Of a stretch of DNA of 50,177 nt, positions 41,464 to 50,177 are shown one piece after another. The translations under genes were made by a program, and so were the position numbers. The notes under the pieces were generated by a model. It was not told the DNA's origin. It did no database searches and was given only the letters and a program-made list of their open reading frames with translations. Position 1 is the first letter of the stretch. Every line of letters starts with the position of its first letter. Origin of the DNA: a virus (taxonomy: Duplodnaviria; Caudoviricetes); IMG/VR virus record IMGVR_UViG_3300017912_001856, positions 1 to 50,177 of that record. One strand, written 5' to 3'.

Positions 41464-42389
41464 TGAACAACTGGATAATTGATACAGGTAATACAAAGAG
41501 AGGCGTGTTCTATACAAGAACTGCTGACTTAATTTCAAATGCAAAAATTAAAAAAGAAGGAGATGTTTTATCTCCTACACTAGGCGAAAAGGTTATGCGT
41601 ACACACAGTCAAATAGATCCGCGTAACATAAAATTATTCTACGGAGATAATAAATTTCAAGTTGGTTTTGCAAATGAATTTAAAGAGTGGAAAAGAGAAT
41701 TAGACTTAGACAATATTAAAAAATACTTAGATAGTGATGATGAAGAATTATCACCTTTTGTATCATTGTCTTACATATTTGCAAGTAAAGAAGAAAGTGT
41801 CAATAATGTTGATGCATTAATGGCCGCACAGTATATTACTAAAAAAGAAATAGATGGTGCTTCAACAGTAGTTGATATAGTTACAGGTAAATCACTTTGG
41901 TCACATCCAAAAGAAAAAGATGTATTAAACTATTTGATCTTTGGTAAAATTAAAGGACTACCTAACACTTATTACATTTTGTTAAACGGATTTAGAGTAG
42001 AACTTTTTGAAGACTTACCTACAACTAAAGAACACAATTTTGAATATATAGATTTAGGTACAGGCGAACTACCTAAGTTTTGGTTTAATCCAAAATGGAC
42101 AGGCGCAGGACTTTTAGATAATGATACAGTGTTGACACCTAAACAGGAGTTTAGTGTTGATTTAAATCATGTAGGTTCTCGTTTCGCAATGTTAGGTTAT
42201 AATAAAGATGATGTAAAGGTTAACCTAAGATCAAATATCCCTTATACAGTTCCAAGCACTGGAGTTTATAAGTTTGATATGGGAGATAAAGAAACAGGTT
42301 ATATCAGTTTGCATCTACCTTCCAACAACATATTAGATCTTGACCCTGAAATGGCAATCCGTAGAACATTCACAGTTCACAAAGGTTAA
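41463..42389 (+). CDS. Hypothetical protein, paralog 3 of 3
   Basis: Colinear similarity to paralog 2 (NW.ID..N.KRG..YTR, RTH...DPRN.KLF, TYYILLN, LGTG). Confidence 0.8.
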   Translation: MNNWIIDTGNTKRGVFYTRTADLISNAKIKKEGDVLSPTLGEKVMRTHSQIDPRNIKLFYGDNKFQVGFANEFKEWKRELDLDNIKKYLDSDDEELSPFVSLSYIFASKEESVNNVDALMAAQYITKKEIDGASTVVDIVTGKSLWSHPKEKDVLNYLIFGKIKGLPNTYYILLNGFRVELFEDLPTTKEHNFEYIDLGTGELPKFWFNPKWTGAGLLDNDTVLTPKQEFSVDLNHVGSRFAMLGYNKDDVKVNLRSNIPYTVPSTGVYKFDMGDKETGYISLHLPSNNILDLDPEMAIRRTFTVHKG

Positions 42390-42447
42390 TTAATACACCA
42401 TTAAATATACACTAAATATCTATTAGATATATAATATAGGAGTATTA

Positions 42448-44214
42448 ATGGCTTTTACTACAAATCCAAATGCGTTTACGTTTAAAAACAATCTAAACGA
42501 CCTTCAAAAGAAGCGTCATAAAGATCATATTGCTACTGTTACTATCGACGAGCATGGTCGTTTCCAAACCACTAGTGAAAACATCATTACTCCGGGTGGT
42601 AAAGATAAGATTAACAAAAAGGTAAGTGTATTACCTGACGCAGAAGAAACAGTTGTAAAAATGTCTGAAGCAAAATATTTGTTTAAAGACTTGCAACAAA
42701 TGAATGTTATTTTAACTAATGCTTGTAACCTAAGTTGTTCTTATTGTTATGAACAGCATAACAGAGACTTTGGTAGATTTACAAGTGATAGTTTACTAGA
42801 AGCATACAATTTCTTGTTGAATGCAAGTGATCACGAAAAGAAAATATTTCAATTTTTTGGTGGTGAACCTTTAATTCATAAAGATTTAATTTTAGGATTT
42901 TTAAAAGATCATAAAGATTATTTGAATGCTAACAGTAAAGGTTGGAAAAAACAATATGTTAGTTGTGTAACAAATGGTTTGTTAATTACACAAGACTTTA
43001 TGGATGAATACTTCGATTATGATTTTACTTTTATGCTTTGTAGTTTAGATACAATTAGAGCAGATGTAGACCATAGAGAAATAGGACAAAAGAAGATTGA
43101 TGCACTTATAAGAACATTAGATAATATTCCACAAAAAGCAAAAGATACGCAAAGAATTACTATGCGTTGTACACTGGCTAGAGAAAATGCACCTTACTTT
43201 AAAGAATTTGTTAAAGCAATTTATGATGTAGGTGTAAGACATATTGTTGTTCATCCACTTATACTTGATAGTTCAAGAGGTTTTATTGCTTGGACAAATG
43301 AAGAATGGAATACACTTCATCAAGATATTTTATGGACACTAGAAAACTATTTTGATCTTGCTATACACTTTTCAGAAGGTGTTGGTCAAAAAGGAGAAAA
43401 CAACTGTATGGTAGGTAGCGACATGGTAGCCATTGATGCTTCAGGAGACTATTCAGGTTGTTACTTTTTCACTAATCAAAAAGCAGGCCCGGCAGGTAAA
43501 ACAATATTAGGAAATGTCTTTGAAGATAGATTATATCTAGATCGATACAGAGGTTTCCAAAAAGAGTTTGCCAAAATGGTAGAAGAAGAGGAACAATGCA
43601 GAACTTGTGATTACAAAAATGCTTGTTATCAATGTCCAGCAGGAAATATGGACACAGGTACTAGACTCTTCCGTCCTGATGATATGTGTCAAAAAATTAT
43701 TAAACTGTATGTTGACTTACAAGACGATATTGAACTTAAACATTTTCAAAAGAAATATGATGATATCTATCAAGCATGTGAAAAAGAAGGTGAAGAAAAG
43801 ATATTCAAAAGAGCACCTTTACATTTGATGTTTAAAATGTTTTCTAACTATCATGCAAGTAGAGATGACACAGGTTGGGGTATTAACGAAATCCCTTCAC
43901 ACAAACAATTACTCCATGCATGGAAAACTATGATTGAAAATGGTTATAGTCAAAAACAACCAGAATTTAAATCTTTTATCGAAGATGTCAAAGGATATAT
44001 TACAAAAGATAAAATGGATGTTAAGCAAATGTATGAGTGGATGTGTGAAAAAGCAAACATACCTGTACAACTATCCAAAGATGTTACAGACCTAAACACC
44101 ACTGCTAGAATATCCTATTTGGTATTTTTACACTTCTTAATTCTTCATAATGAAAAGGCTATGCGTAGTTCGAGCGTCGAATCGGTCACAGATAAGTTGC
44201 TAAAATCCGCATAA
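42448..44214 (+). CDS. Radical SAM/SPASM enzyme with C-terminal extension
   Basis: CNLSCSYC, FFGGEPL, TNG; SPASM CMVG...GDYSGC and CRTC.....CYQC...C. Confidence 0.93.
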   Translation: MAFTTNPNAFTFKNNLNDLQKKRHKDHIATVTIDEHGRFQTTSENIITPGGKDKINKKVSVLPDAEETVVKMSEAKYLFKDLQQMNVILTNACNLSCSYCYEQHNRDFGRFTSDSLLEAYNFLLNASDHEKKIFQFFGGEPLIHKDLILGFLKDHKDYLNANSKGWKKQYVSCVTNGLLITQDFMDEYFDYDFTFMLCSLDTIRADVDHREIGQKKIDALIRTLDNIPQKAKDTQRITMRCTLARENAPYFKEFVKAIYDVGVRHIVVHPLILDSSRGFIAWTNEEWNTLHQDILWTLENYFDLAIHFSEGVGQKGENNCMVGSDMVAIDASGDYSGCYFFTNQKAGPAGKTILGNVFEDRLYLDRYRGFQKEFAKMVEEEEQCRTCDYKNACYQCPAGNMDTGTRLFRPDDMCQKIIKLYVDLQDDIELKHFQKKYDDIYQACEKEGEEKIFKRAPLHLMFKMFSNYHASRDDTGWGINEIPSHKQLLHAWKTMIENGYSQKQPEFKSFIEDVKGYITKDKMDVKQMYEWMCEKANIPVQLSKDVTDLNTTARISYLVFLHFLILHNEKAMRSSSVESVTDKLLKSA

Positions 44215-44231
44215 GGTGTTATAATAGGTGT

Positions 44232-45329
44232 ATGGAAGAATTAGATAATTTAAAACACATCTCGGTCTACCTTGGAAATACATGTAATTTTGATTGCACT
44301 TACTGTGATAGAGAATATATTGCAAAAGATATAGGCGGTCAAACTCTTAAACATGGTTGGGTTCCTAATGTTAAAAATTTCTTTGACAAAGTAGTACCTA
44401 AATGTCCTGATCTCAAGTTCATCACTGTACACGGTGGTGAACCTTTTCTCTTTTTGAGTAGAATGGATCAAGTGTTTTCTAGTATCTATGATAATCACGT
44501 AAAAGATACTGACCGATATTTTGGTATTACTACTAACGGAAGTAACGTTGCAGAAAGCAAAGAGTTCATGGAAAAATGGGGTTCTAGGCTTAAACTTACT
44601 ATCAGTTATGACTTTGCATTTCAAAAACAAAATAGAGAAGAGTTCGATGTTATTGAAATGACTAAAGCAATACACGACCATGGTGCAAGTATGCAATGGC
44701 AGTACGTAGTGCCTATTCATGACAAACGTTGTTTTAGTATGGATGCTATTACAGACATTGTAAGAACTTGTCATTCAACAGGTTGCAACACAGTCAACCT
44801 AATACCTTTAAGACATAGACGTGGTGCTAGAAAGTTTGATGTACTAATAGACGATTTATACTTGCCAGAGTTTTTTGATAACTTTTTACAGTTTATCACA
44901 ATACTGTATGCAAAGAATATTAATGTGTATGTAGACGGAATATACGGACCACTCAGTGCAATAGATAAATTTTACTACGACAATCATGGTAAGATTATAT
45001 TGTCACCAGATGGTTACATGTATCCTGAATATGACTTTTTAGAATACAAAAGAAAAGAGTTTCAAGTAGGACAATGGTCTGATGGCACAGCAGACTTTGA
45101 ACCTAAATTTTATAGACAACGTAGTGAATCTAGTTTAATTAGAGAAGACTGTATGTCCTGTGTTAGCAAAGACAGTTGCGGACTTAAATATCTGTACAAA
45201 ATGTTTAATGAAAAACCAAAAGGCTCTTGCGTACAGTTTTATAAAATGATAGACACTAGTATTGCTTATGCTTACAAATTGCAACAAAAGAGCAGTGTGT
45301 TTGAATGGGTAGGTATTGATGATAGATAA
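44232..45329 (+). CDS. Radical SAM enzyme with partial SPASM domain
   Basis: CNFDCTYC, HGGEP, TTNG, ISYD; C-terminal CMSC.....C...C. Confidence 0.9.
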   Translation: MEELDNLKHISVYLGNTCNFDCTYCDREYIAKDIGGQTLKHGWVPNVKNFFDKVVPKCPDLKFITVHGGEPFLFLSRMDQVFSSIYDNHVKDTDRYFGITTNGSNVAESKEFMEKWGSRLKLTISYDFAFQKQNREEFDVIEMTKAIHDHGASMQWQYVVPIHDKRCFSMDAITDIVRTCHSTGCNTVNLIPLRHRRGARKFDVLIDDLYLPEFFDNFLQFITILYAKNINVYVDGIYGPLSAIDKFYYDNHGKIILSPDGYMYPEYDFLEYKRKEFQVGQWSDGTADFEPKFYRQRSESSLIREDCMSCVSKDSCGLKYLYKMFNEKPKGSCVQFYKMIDTSIAYAYKLQQKSSVFEWVGIDDR

Positions 45330-46437
45330 TTTTGATACACCAGCACCAGATGGCATCAACAACATAGGTTACTTTTACGAAAGTGATGCTTTGCTAAACA
45401 TACACAACGAAGTAATCTTTAGTGTATTAGGAAGATATAATTGTTTTGCTGGTTGCAAAATCTGTTACACTGAAAAACACTTTAAAGAAGCATTGCCTGA
45501 ATTTATTAAACATCATATTCCTAAAGATATACCTACTGATACAGAAACACAATGGTTTGATATATTTGATCATTTCAAAGTTATTAGTAATGTAGATGAT
45601 TTGTTTTGGATGAAGCATGAACACCCTCATTTGTTTGCATGGTATAAAAAACATTCTAACAAGTTTCAATGGGGTTCTATGACAGATAATAATTTTATTA
45701 GAACACAACCTATCTTTGTAAATGAACTAGATGCAGATACTAGAATACAAGAAATATCTTTTTCAGACGAATGGTTAGAACGTATTAACTTGAAAGATGT
45801 TATGTACAAGTTAGAAGAATTAAACAACAGGAACGGTATTAATAAACTGAAGTTTATATTAACTAAACCTGAAAGCATGGCAGTTAATTCTCTAATAGAA
45901 TGGCAAAAGAATACTGACATTATCTATAACTGTTCACATCATAATTTTAAACAAAACACAACGGAACTTGAAAGCGAGATACCACAAGCAAAGCATATAG
46001 CAAGTTTTGATAGTGATGTCTACCCTGTGTGTAGAGAAAGTAACTATCTAATGAACAATGGATTCTTTTTGACTTTGATAAATTCAATCGATACAGTCAA
46101 TGAACCGTACTACCAGTTTACAAACTTTGATACTGAAAAACATTTAAGTAGTATGATAAAAGGTAAAGTTGAATTATATAATAATTGGGCAACCAAATAT
46201 GAAAATGGATTAATACCTGATGACGGTGCAGGCAAAAACTATTTTGATTACTATAGATTTGTTGCCAACAATGTTAAAGTAAATGAGGAGTATACTTTTA
46301 TACCAATTGATATGCTAAATGCTAAACACAGATATTATCATAAACTAATACAAGCAGGTTGGACAACGACTGATTATGGATTATTGAAAAATAGTTCTAA
46401 AGGTGTTATACCATTAATAGAGGTAAACAATGGATAA
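45316..46437 (+). CDS. Divergent radical SAM-like protein
   Basis: CFAGCKIC (Cx3Cx2C) near the N-terminus, but no GGEP or SPASM Cys set. Confidence 0.65.
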   Translation: MMIDNFDTPAPDGINNIGYFYESDALLNIHNEVIFSVLGRYNCFAGCKICYTEKHFKEALPEFIKHHIPKDIPTDTETQWFDIFDHFKVISNVDDLFWMKHEHPHLFAWYKKHSNKFQWGSMTDNNFIRTQPIFVNELDADTRIQEISFSDEWLERINLKDVMYKLEELNNRNGINKLKFILTKPESMAVNSLIEWQKNTDIIYNCSHHNFKQNTTELESEIPQAKHIASFDSDVYPVCRESNYLMNNGFFLTLINSIDTVNEPYYQFTNFDTEKHLSSMIKGKVELYNNWATKYENGLIPDDGAGKNYFDYYRFVANNVKVNEEYTFIPIDMLNAKHRYYHKLIQAGWTTTDYGLLKNSSKGVIPLIEVNNG

Positions 46438-47905
46438 GATTGATGACAAGATTATTCCTTTAGTACAACTAAAAAATTCTGCTCAGGATGTTGTGCATCT
46501 TATAGATGATGGAGATATAACTAGAGAAGTATCAAGTATAGTAGATGGTACGCAAAGAGTAATAGACGACGGTCCATACACTGTATTCAATATAAAAAAT
46601 ACAGGACAAAAAGTTGTGTATAGTAATTACACCAACGGACTTTATTCAGATAAACTTGATCCTTTAAGTGATGTAACAGAGCCAGATGCTGTTTGGGAAG
46701 AAGCAACAGGACATGTCAAAAAGAAAACTAAAAGTAGGAAACCAAAGTGGTTAAGAATACTTTTAGGACATGCTTGTAATTACAGTTGTTCATACTGTTT
46801 ACAAAAAGATATTGGTAATCCAGATGAACGTGCAAAAATATGGACACTTGATTATTTCTTAGAAACTATTGGTACAGAATTAGATTTTAGTGAACTAGAA
46901 AGAGTTGATTTTTGGGGAGGTGAAACTTTACTTTATTGGAAATCTATTACGCCAATAATAGAAGCACTTGATAGACCTGGATTAGAATATTACTTTGCTA
47001 CAAACGGTACACCACTTAGACAAAAACATATTGATTATTTAGAAAAAATACAAGGCATGGCATTGTTTGGTATCAGTCATGATGGCCCAGGACATGTTGC
47101 TTTACGTGGTAAGGAATTTTTGTGGGATAAAATTACTGTTGATGTACTTAAGAACATGCAAAAAAATAGAGATAAAATACGTTTTAGTTTTAATCCTGTT
47201 GTAAGTGCAACTAATTGTAATCTTTTTGAAATAAACAATTTCTTTAGAAACTATATGATAGAAGTAGGACTAAATCCTGATCTTGTAAGTATAAGTTATA
47301 CATTAGGTCGTGCTCACGCTGACGAAGACCACGAAGGTAGTGTTAGTATGGAACATGTAATACAAGGCACGAACCTTAAAACATTTAGAGACATAATGGA
47401 TCAGTTTATAGAATGTAATATAGAACAAACAAATGGTTTGAAAGATCATGGTATAATGATCAATAATCTTTTTCATACGGGTCCAAGAAGTGTGCTAGGG
47501 TACGGAGACACACTTAAAAAACAAATACTGCCAACAATATCAACAGTGTGCGGAGCAGATGATGATCAAGTATTAAGTGTTGATGTTGCAGGTAACGTAA
47601 GAACTTGTCCGCATGTTGATGATAGTTTTATTAGTGGCAAGATATCTGCAATAGAAGAGGTAACTATTAAGAAGGTAGATTACACACGGTATGATAAACA
47701 CTGTAAAGTATGTCCTGTTTATAGATTATGCAAGTCAAATTGTCCTATCACAGTGCCAGACTATGTGTTCTTAACTAATTGTGCAATCGAAAAAGTATGG
47801 AACAAAGCAATACAAAGAGGAACACTAAAAGTATTGTTTGGAAGCGACATAGAGTTAGAAAGAAGTGGATTAAATGAAACTACCATTAAAGAATATAGAA
47901 GTTAA
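46430..47905 (+). CDS. Radical SAM/SPASM enzyme with N-terminal extension
   Basis: CNYSCSYC, FWGGETL, TNG, ISHDG; SPASM CGAD...GNVRTC and CKVC.....CKSNC...C. Confidence 0.93.
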   Translation: MDKIDDKIIPLVQLKNSAQDVVHLIDDGDITREVSSIVDGTQRVIDDGPYTVFNIKNTGQKVVYSNYTNGLYSDKLDPLSDVTEPDAVWEEATGHVKKKTKSRKPKWLRILLGHACNYSCSYCLQKDIGNPDERAKIWTLDYFLETIGTELDFSELERVDFWGGETLLYWKSITPIIEALDRPGLEYYFATNGTPLRQKHIDYLEKIQGMALFGISHDGPGHVALRGKEFLWDKITVDVLKNMQKNRDKIRFSFNPVVSATNCNLFEINNFFRNYMIEVGLNPDLVSISYTLGRAHADEDHEGSVSMEHVIQGTNLKTFRDIMDQFIECNIEQTNGLKDHGIMINNLFHTGPRSVLGYGDTLKKQILPTISTVCGADDDQVLSVDVAGNVRTCPHVDDSFISGKISAIEEVTIKKVDYTRYDKHCKVCPVYRLCKSNCPITVPDYVFLTNCAIEKVWNKAIQRGTLKVLFGSDIELERSGLNETTIKEYRS

Positions 47906-48638
47906 ACAATTAGAATTAACCACACACCCATTACTGTCTACTAATATGATTCAAACTATTGAAGACCTTAGGGTGTTTATGGAACATCATGTTTTTCCTG
48001 TATGGGACTTTATGAGTTTAGCAAAAGCACTACAACACAGAGTTTGTCCTAGTGGCGACTTATGGTTACCAGAAGAACATACACGAGATGAAAGTGCAAG
48101 ACTCATTAATGAAATCATTTGGGGGGAAGAATCTGATAAAGATTTAGGCGGAGGCTCTATTTCTCATTTTGATTTATACCTACAAGCAATGATGGAAGTT
48201 GGAGCAAACACTACTCCTGTATTAAAATTTTTAGAAACAGTAAAGTCAAGAGGCCTTGAATTTGCTTTAGACAATTCACCTAATGTGCCTGAATGCTGTA
48301 TTGACTTTATGAAAAAAACATTTTCATTTATCGAAACAGGTAAAAAACATGTTATTGCAAGTGCTTTTACCTTCGGTAGAGAAGCGGTGATTCCTGGAAT
48401 GTTCACAGGAATTTTACAACAACTTAATATTAATTCATACGAAGCAAAGAAGTTTCACTATTACCTACAAAGGCATATAGAATTAGACGGAGATGAACAC
48501 GGACCAATGGCTACAAAGTTAGTTGAAAACTTATGTGGCAATGACCCTCTTGCGTATGTTGAAGCAGAAGCAGTTGCTATCGAGGCAATGAATGCTCGTA
48601 TTGAATTTTGGAATAAAGTGGAGACAAAACTTTTTTGA
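47874..48638 (+). CDS. DUF3050-family heme-oxygenase-like putative diiron protein
   Basis: FMEHHVF.VWDFMSL, INEI..GEESD, SHF.LY, FGRE and [11 protein letters not shown] motifs. Confidence 0.85.
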   Translation: MKLPLKNIEVKQLELTTHPLLSTNMIQTIEDLRVFMEHHVFPVWDFMSLAKALQHRVCPSGDLWLPEEHTRDESARLINEIIWGEESDKDLGGGSISHFDLYLQAMMEVGANTTPVLKFLETVKSRGLEFALDNSPNVPECCIDFMKKTFSFIETGKKHVIASAFTFGREAVIPGMFTGILQQLNINSYEAKKFHYYLQRHIELDGDEHGPMATKLVENLCGNDPLAYVEAEAVAIEAMNARIEFWNKVETKLF

Positions 48639-48853
48639 GTAAAGCAGACTTAATGGAGTTTGAAGGTACCTGCTTAGATATCCTACCCAATCAGATGTAC
48701 AAGGTCAAATTAGAAAGTGGCCATGAGATCATTGCCTATGCTAATGGCAAAATGAAACAAAACAAAATTAGAGTTTTGATGGGTGATAAAGTTAAGGTTG
48801 AAATGACACCTTACGATCTAAGCAAAGGTAGAATTACCTTTAGATATAGATAG
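48635..48853 (+). CDS. infA: Translation initiation factor IF-1
   Basis: LPN...[34 protein letters not shown]. Confidence 0.95.
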   Translation: MSKADLMEFEGTCLDILPNQMYKVKLESGHEIIAYANGKMKQNKIRVLMGDKVKVEMTPYDLSKGRITFRYR

Positions 48854-48855
48854 AA

Positions 48856-49170
48856 CTAGGCGCTTTCTTTTTCGTTTAATGGAAGAGGATTTTCGTTTTC
48901 TAACGGAGAATGTTTCTTCAACCATCTTACGAGATCTAATCTTGTTGTTTGTAAGTTTTCTCTCAACAGTTGATGTTCGTTTCCAAATACTGGACCACTA
49001 TTAGCAAGATTCTCAACACTTCTGTCAATAGTTGCAACTGCATTCAAAAATGATTCATACATCGTTGTTGCCTGTCTTTTATGATCTTCTTTAACAATAG
49101 ATTCAATTCTGCGTTGATAATCAGCACAGTCATCTTTAAATCTAGGTAAATCTTGTATTCTTAATGTCAT
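48856..49170 (-). CDS. Hypothetical protein
   Basis: 104-aa ORF with AAGGAG RBS. Confidence 0.7.
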   Translation of the reverse strand: MTLRIQDLPRFKDDCADYQRRIESIVKEDHKRQATTMYESFLNAVATIDRSVENLANSGPVFGNEHQLLRENLQTTRLDLVRWLKKHSPLENENPLPLNEKESA

Positions 49171-49192
49171 TTATATTACTCCTTAATACTAT

Positions 49193-49708
49193 TTACACGA
49201 TGTAATTAGTCCAGGATTGATGTTTGAGTTTTAAATTTAGAAGTTCTTTGTTTTTTACTAAATCGTAATAGGTTGGTTTTACTGGTATGCGTTTGGGTTT
49301 TGGATATAGTTTATTGCCTTTGGCAACATTACACGGGCCACATGCAGTAACACAATTTGTCCAAGTATTACGACCACCCCGACTGATAGGCATTACATGG
49401 TCAATTGTACACTGTTTTTTGTGTGATAGTTGTAAGTTACAGTATTGACACACAAACTGATCACGTAAAAATACATTGTATTTTGATAGTCTTACACTGC
49501 TATTCTTTTTAATATAGTCTTTTACCATTACAACAGCAGGAACTTTTGTTTCCCAACTAGGTGAACTTACTACCCAATCATCATACCATTCAAGAACAGT
49601 GACCCTGTTCATTACTAGGTGTTTAATTGATTCTTGCCATGTTATTGTACTTAGAGGTAATATACTATACGGTTTTGCATCTGCGTTAAGAACTAACGTG
49701 TCGGCCAT
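49193..49708 (-). CDS. HNH endonuclease (McrA-like)
   Basis: LVLNAD..P, RD.F.CQYC, TIDHV.P.SRGG...W.N...AC..CN..K. Confidence 0.9.
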   Translation of the reverse strand: MADTLVLNADAKPYSILPLSTITWQESIKHLVMNRVTVLEWYDDWVVSSPSWETKVPAVVMVKDYIKKNSSVRLSKYNVFLRDQFVCQYCNLQLSHKKQCTIDHVMPISRGGRNTWTNCVTACGPCNVAKGNKLYPKPKRIPVKPTYYDLVKNKELLNLKLKHQSWTNYIV

Positions 49709-49764
49709 GCTTTCCTCCCTTGCGACACTACTATTTAACATAAATATTGTTAGGAGAATATATA

Positions 49765-50177
49765 ATGGCGACAATTAAGTGTAAAGGTTTAACAGGTGTA
49801 CAATTTGATCTAACGGTCACAATGGGTTCAACCACTATGAATGGTTTGACTGCGTTGGCTCAGGCTGTGGAAGGTCAAGAGATTGTGACTGCCATGTATG
49901 CAGAAATTCACGCAACAAAAGATCCTTCAATAAATCAAACTAACAATGGCAGTGACACACTAACAGCCGCAGGTTTGGTTGACGGTGATTCTGTTTATTG
50001 CATTCCTAGATACTCAGGCTCAAACGGTTTCAAAAGACAGAGACAGGAAGAAAAATTAAGAATTGCTACCACAAAAAGAAAAGGTCTAGCGGCTGGTGAT
50101 ACCAATGCTGTCTACTACAGAGCATTGAACACGAAAACAAAAACAAACTTACCTACACTATACGCCGCTGGCGACAA
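49765..50177 (+). CDS. Truncated ORF with ubiquitin-like N-terminal region, not in ORF track
   Basis: MATIKCKGLTGVQFDLTV...DTLTAAGLVDGDSVYC; TAAATA at 49741 and AGGAG RBS; open to the window end. Confidence 0.7.
   Translation, partial: MATIKCKGLTGVQFDLTVTMGSTTMNGLTALAQAVEGQEIVTAMYAEIHATKDPSINQTNNGSDTLTAAGLVDGDSVYCIPRYSGSNGFKRQRQEEKLRIATTKRKGLAAGDTNAVYYRALNTKTKTNLPTLYAAGD

Noticed and set aside
42448-47905. rSAM genes as QueE, NrdG or MoaA housekeeping enzymes
   Set aside because: SPASM-type Cys arrays, protein sizes and the absence of que/nrdD/moa neighbours in the window fit peptide/protein maturases better.
49193-49708. HNH gene as intron-encoded homing element
   Set aside because: Free-standing with its own RBS; no interrupted host gene flanks it.
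1-50177. Alternative genetic code (TGA or TAG recoding)
   Set aside because: Helicases and primase end at TAG and the ligase at TGA, all full length; coding density is high in code 11.

Overview
AT-rich, densely coding segment of a large tailed (jumbo/T4-like-scale) bacteriophage genome, probably aquatic, read in standard code 11. The host cannot be assigned from sequence alone. Layout: (1) 0.4-15 kb, mainly + strand replication block with UvsW-like helicase, primase, DnaB/gp41-like helicase and two PHP-less DnaE-like polymerases; (2) 15-29 kb, - strand block with YqgE/AlgH, IscU and ~25 small early-type genes, most with their own TTGACA-N16/17-TAnnnT promoter and an AGCGA-containing leader; (3) a repeat-rich strand switch at ~29 kb; (4) 30-38 kb accessory genes (RimK-like ligase, Hc1-like protein, JmjC, DNA ligase, PsiE, SufE, Asp/Asn hydroxylase, desaturase); (5) 39-48.6 kb, the most notable part, a TAAATA (late-type) promoter-associated cluster. 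It holds three paralogous ~300-aa proteins, two small HxH-motif proteins (one ending in CECQCQC), four tandem radical SAM enzymes and a DUF3050 putative diiron enzyme, i.e. a candidate phage-encoded RiPP-like or virion-protein modification system; (6) IF-1, an HNH nuclease and a truncated ORF with a ubiquitin-like N-terminus. Candidate small RNAs complementary to the early-gene leader motif also occur. All family calls come from motif recognition by eye, not database searches.
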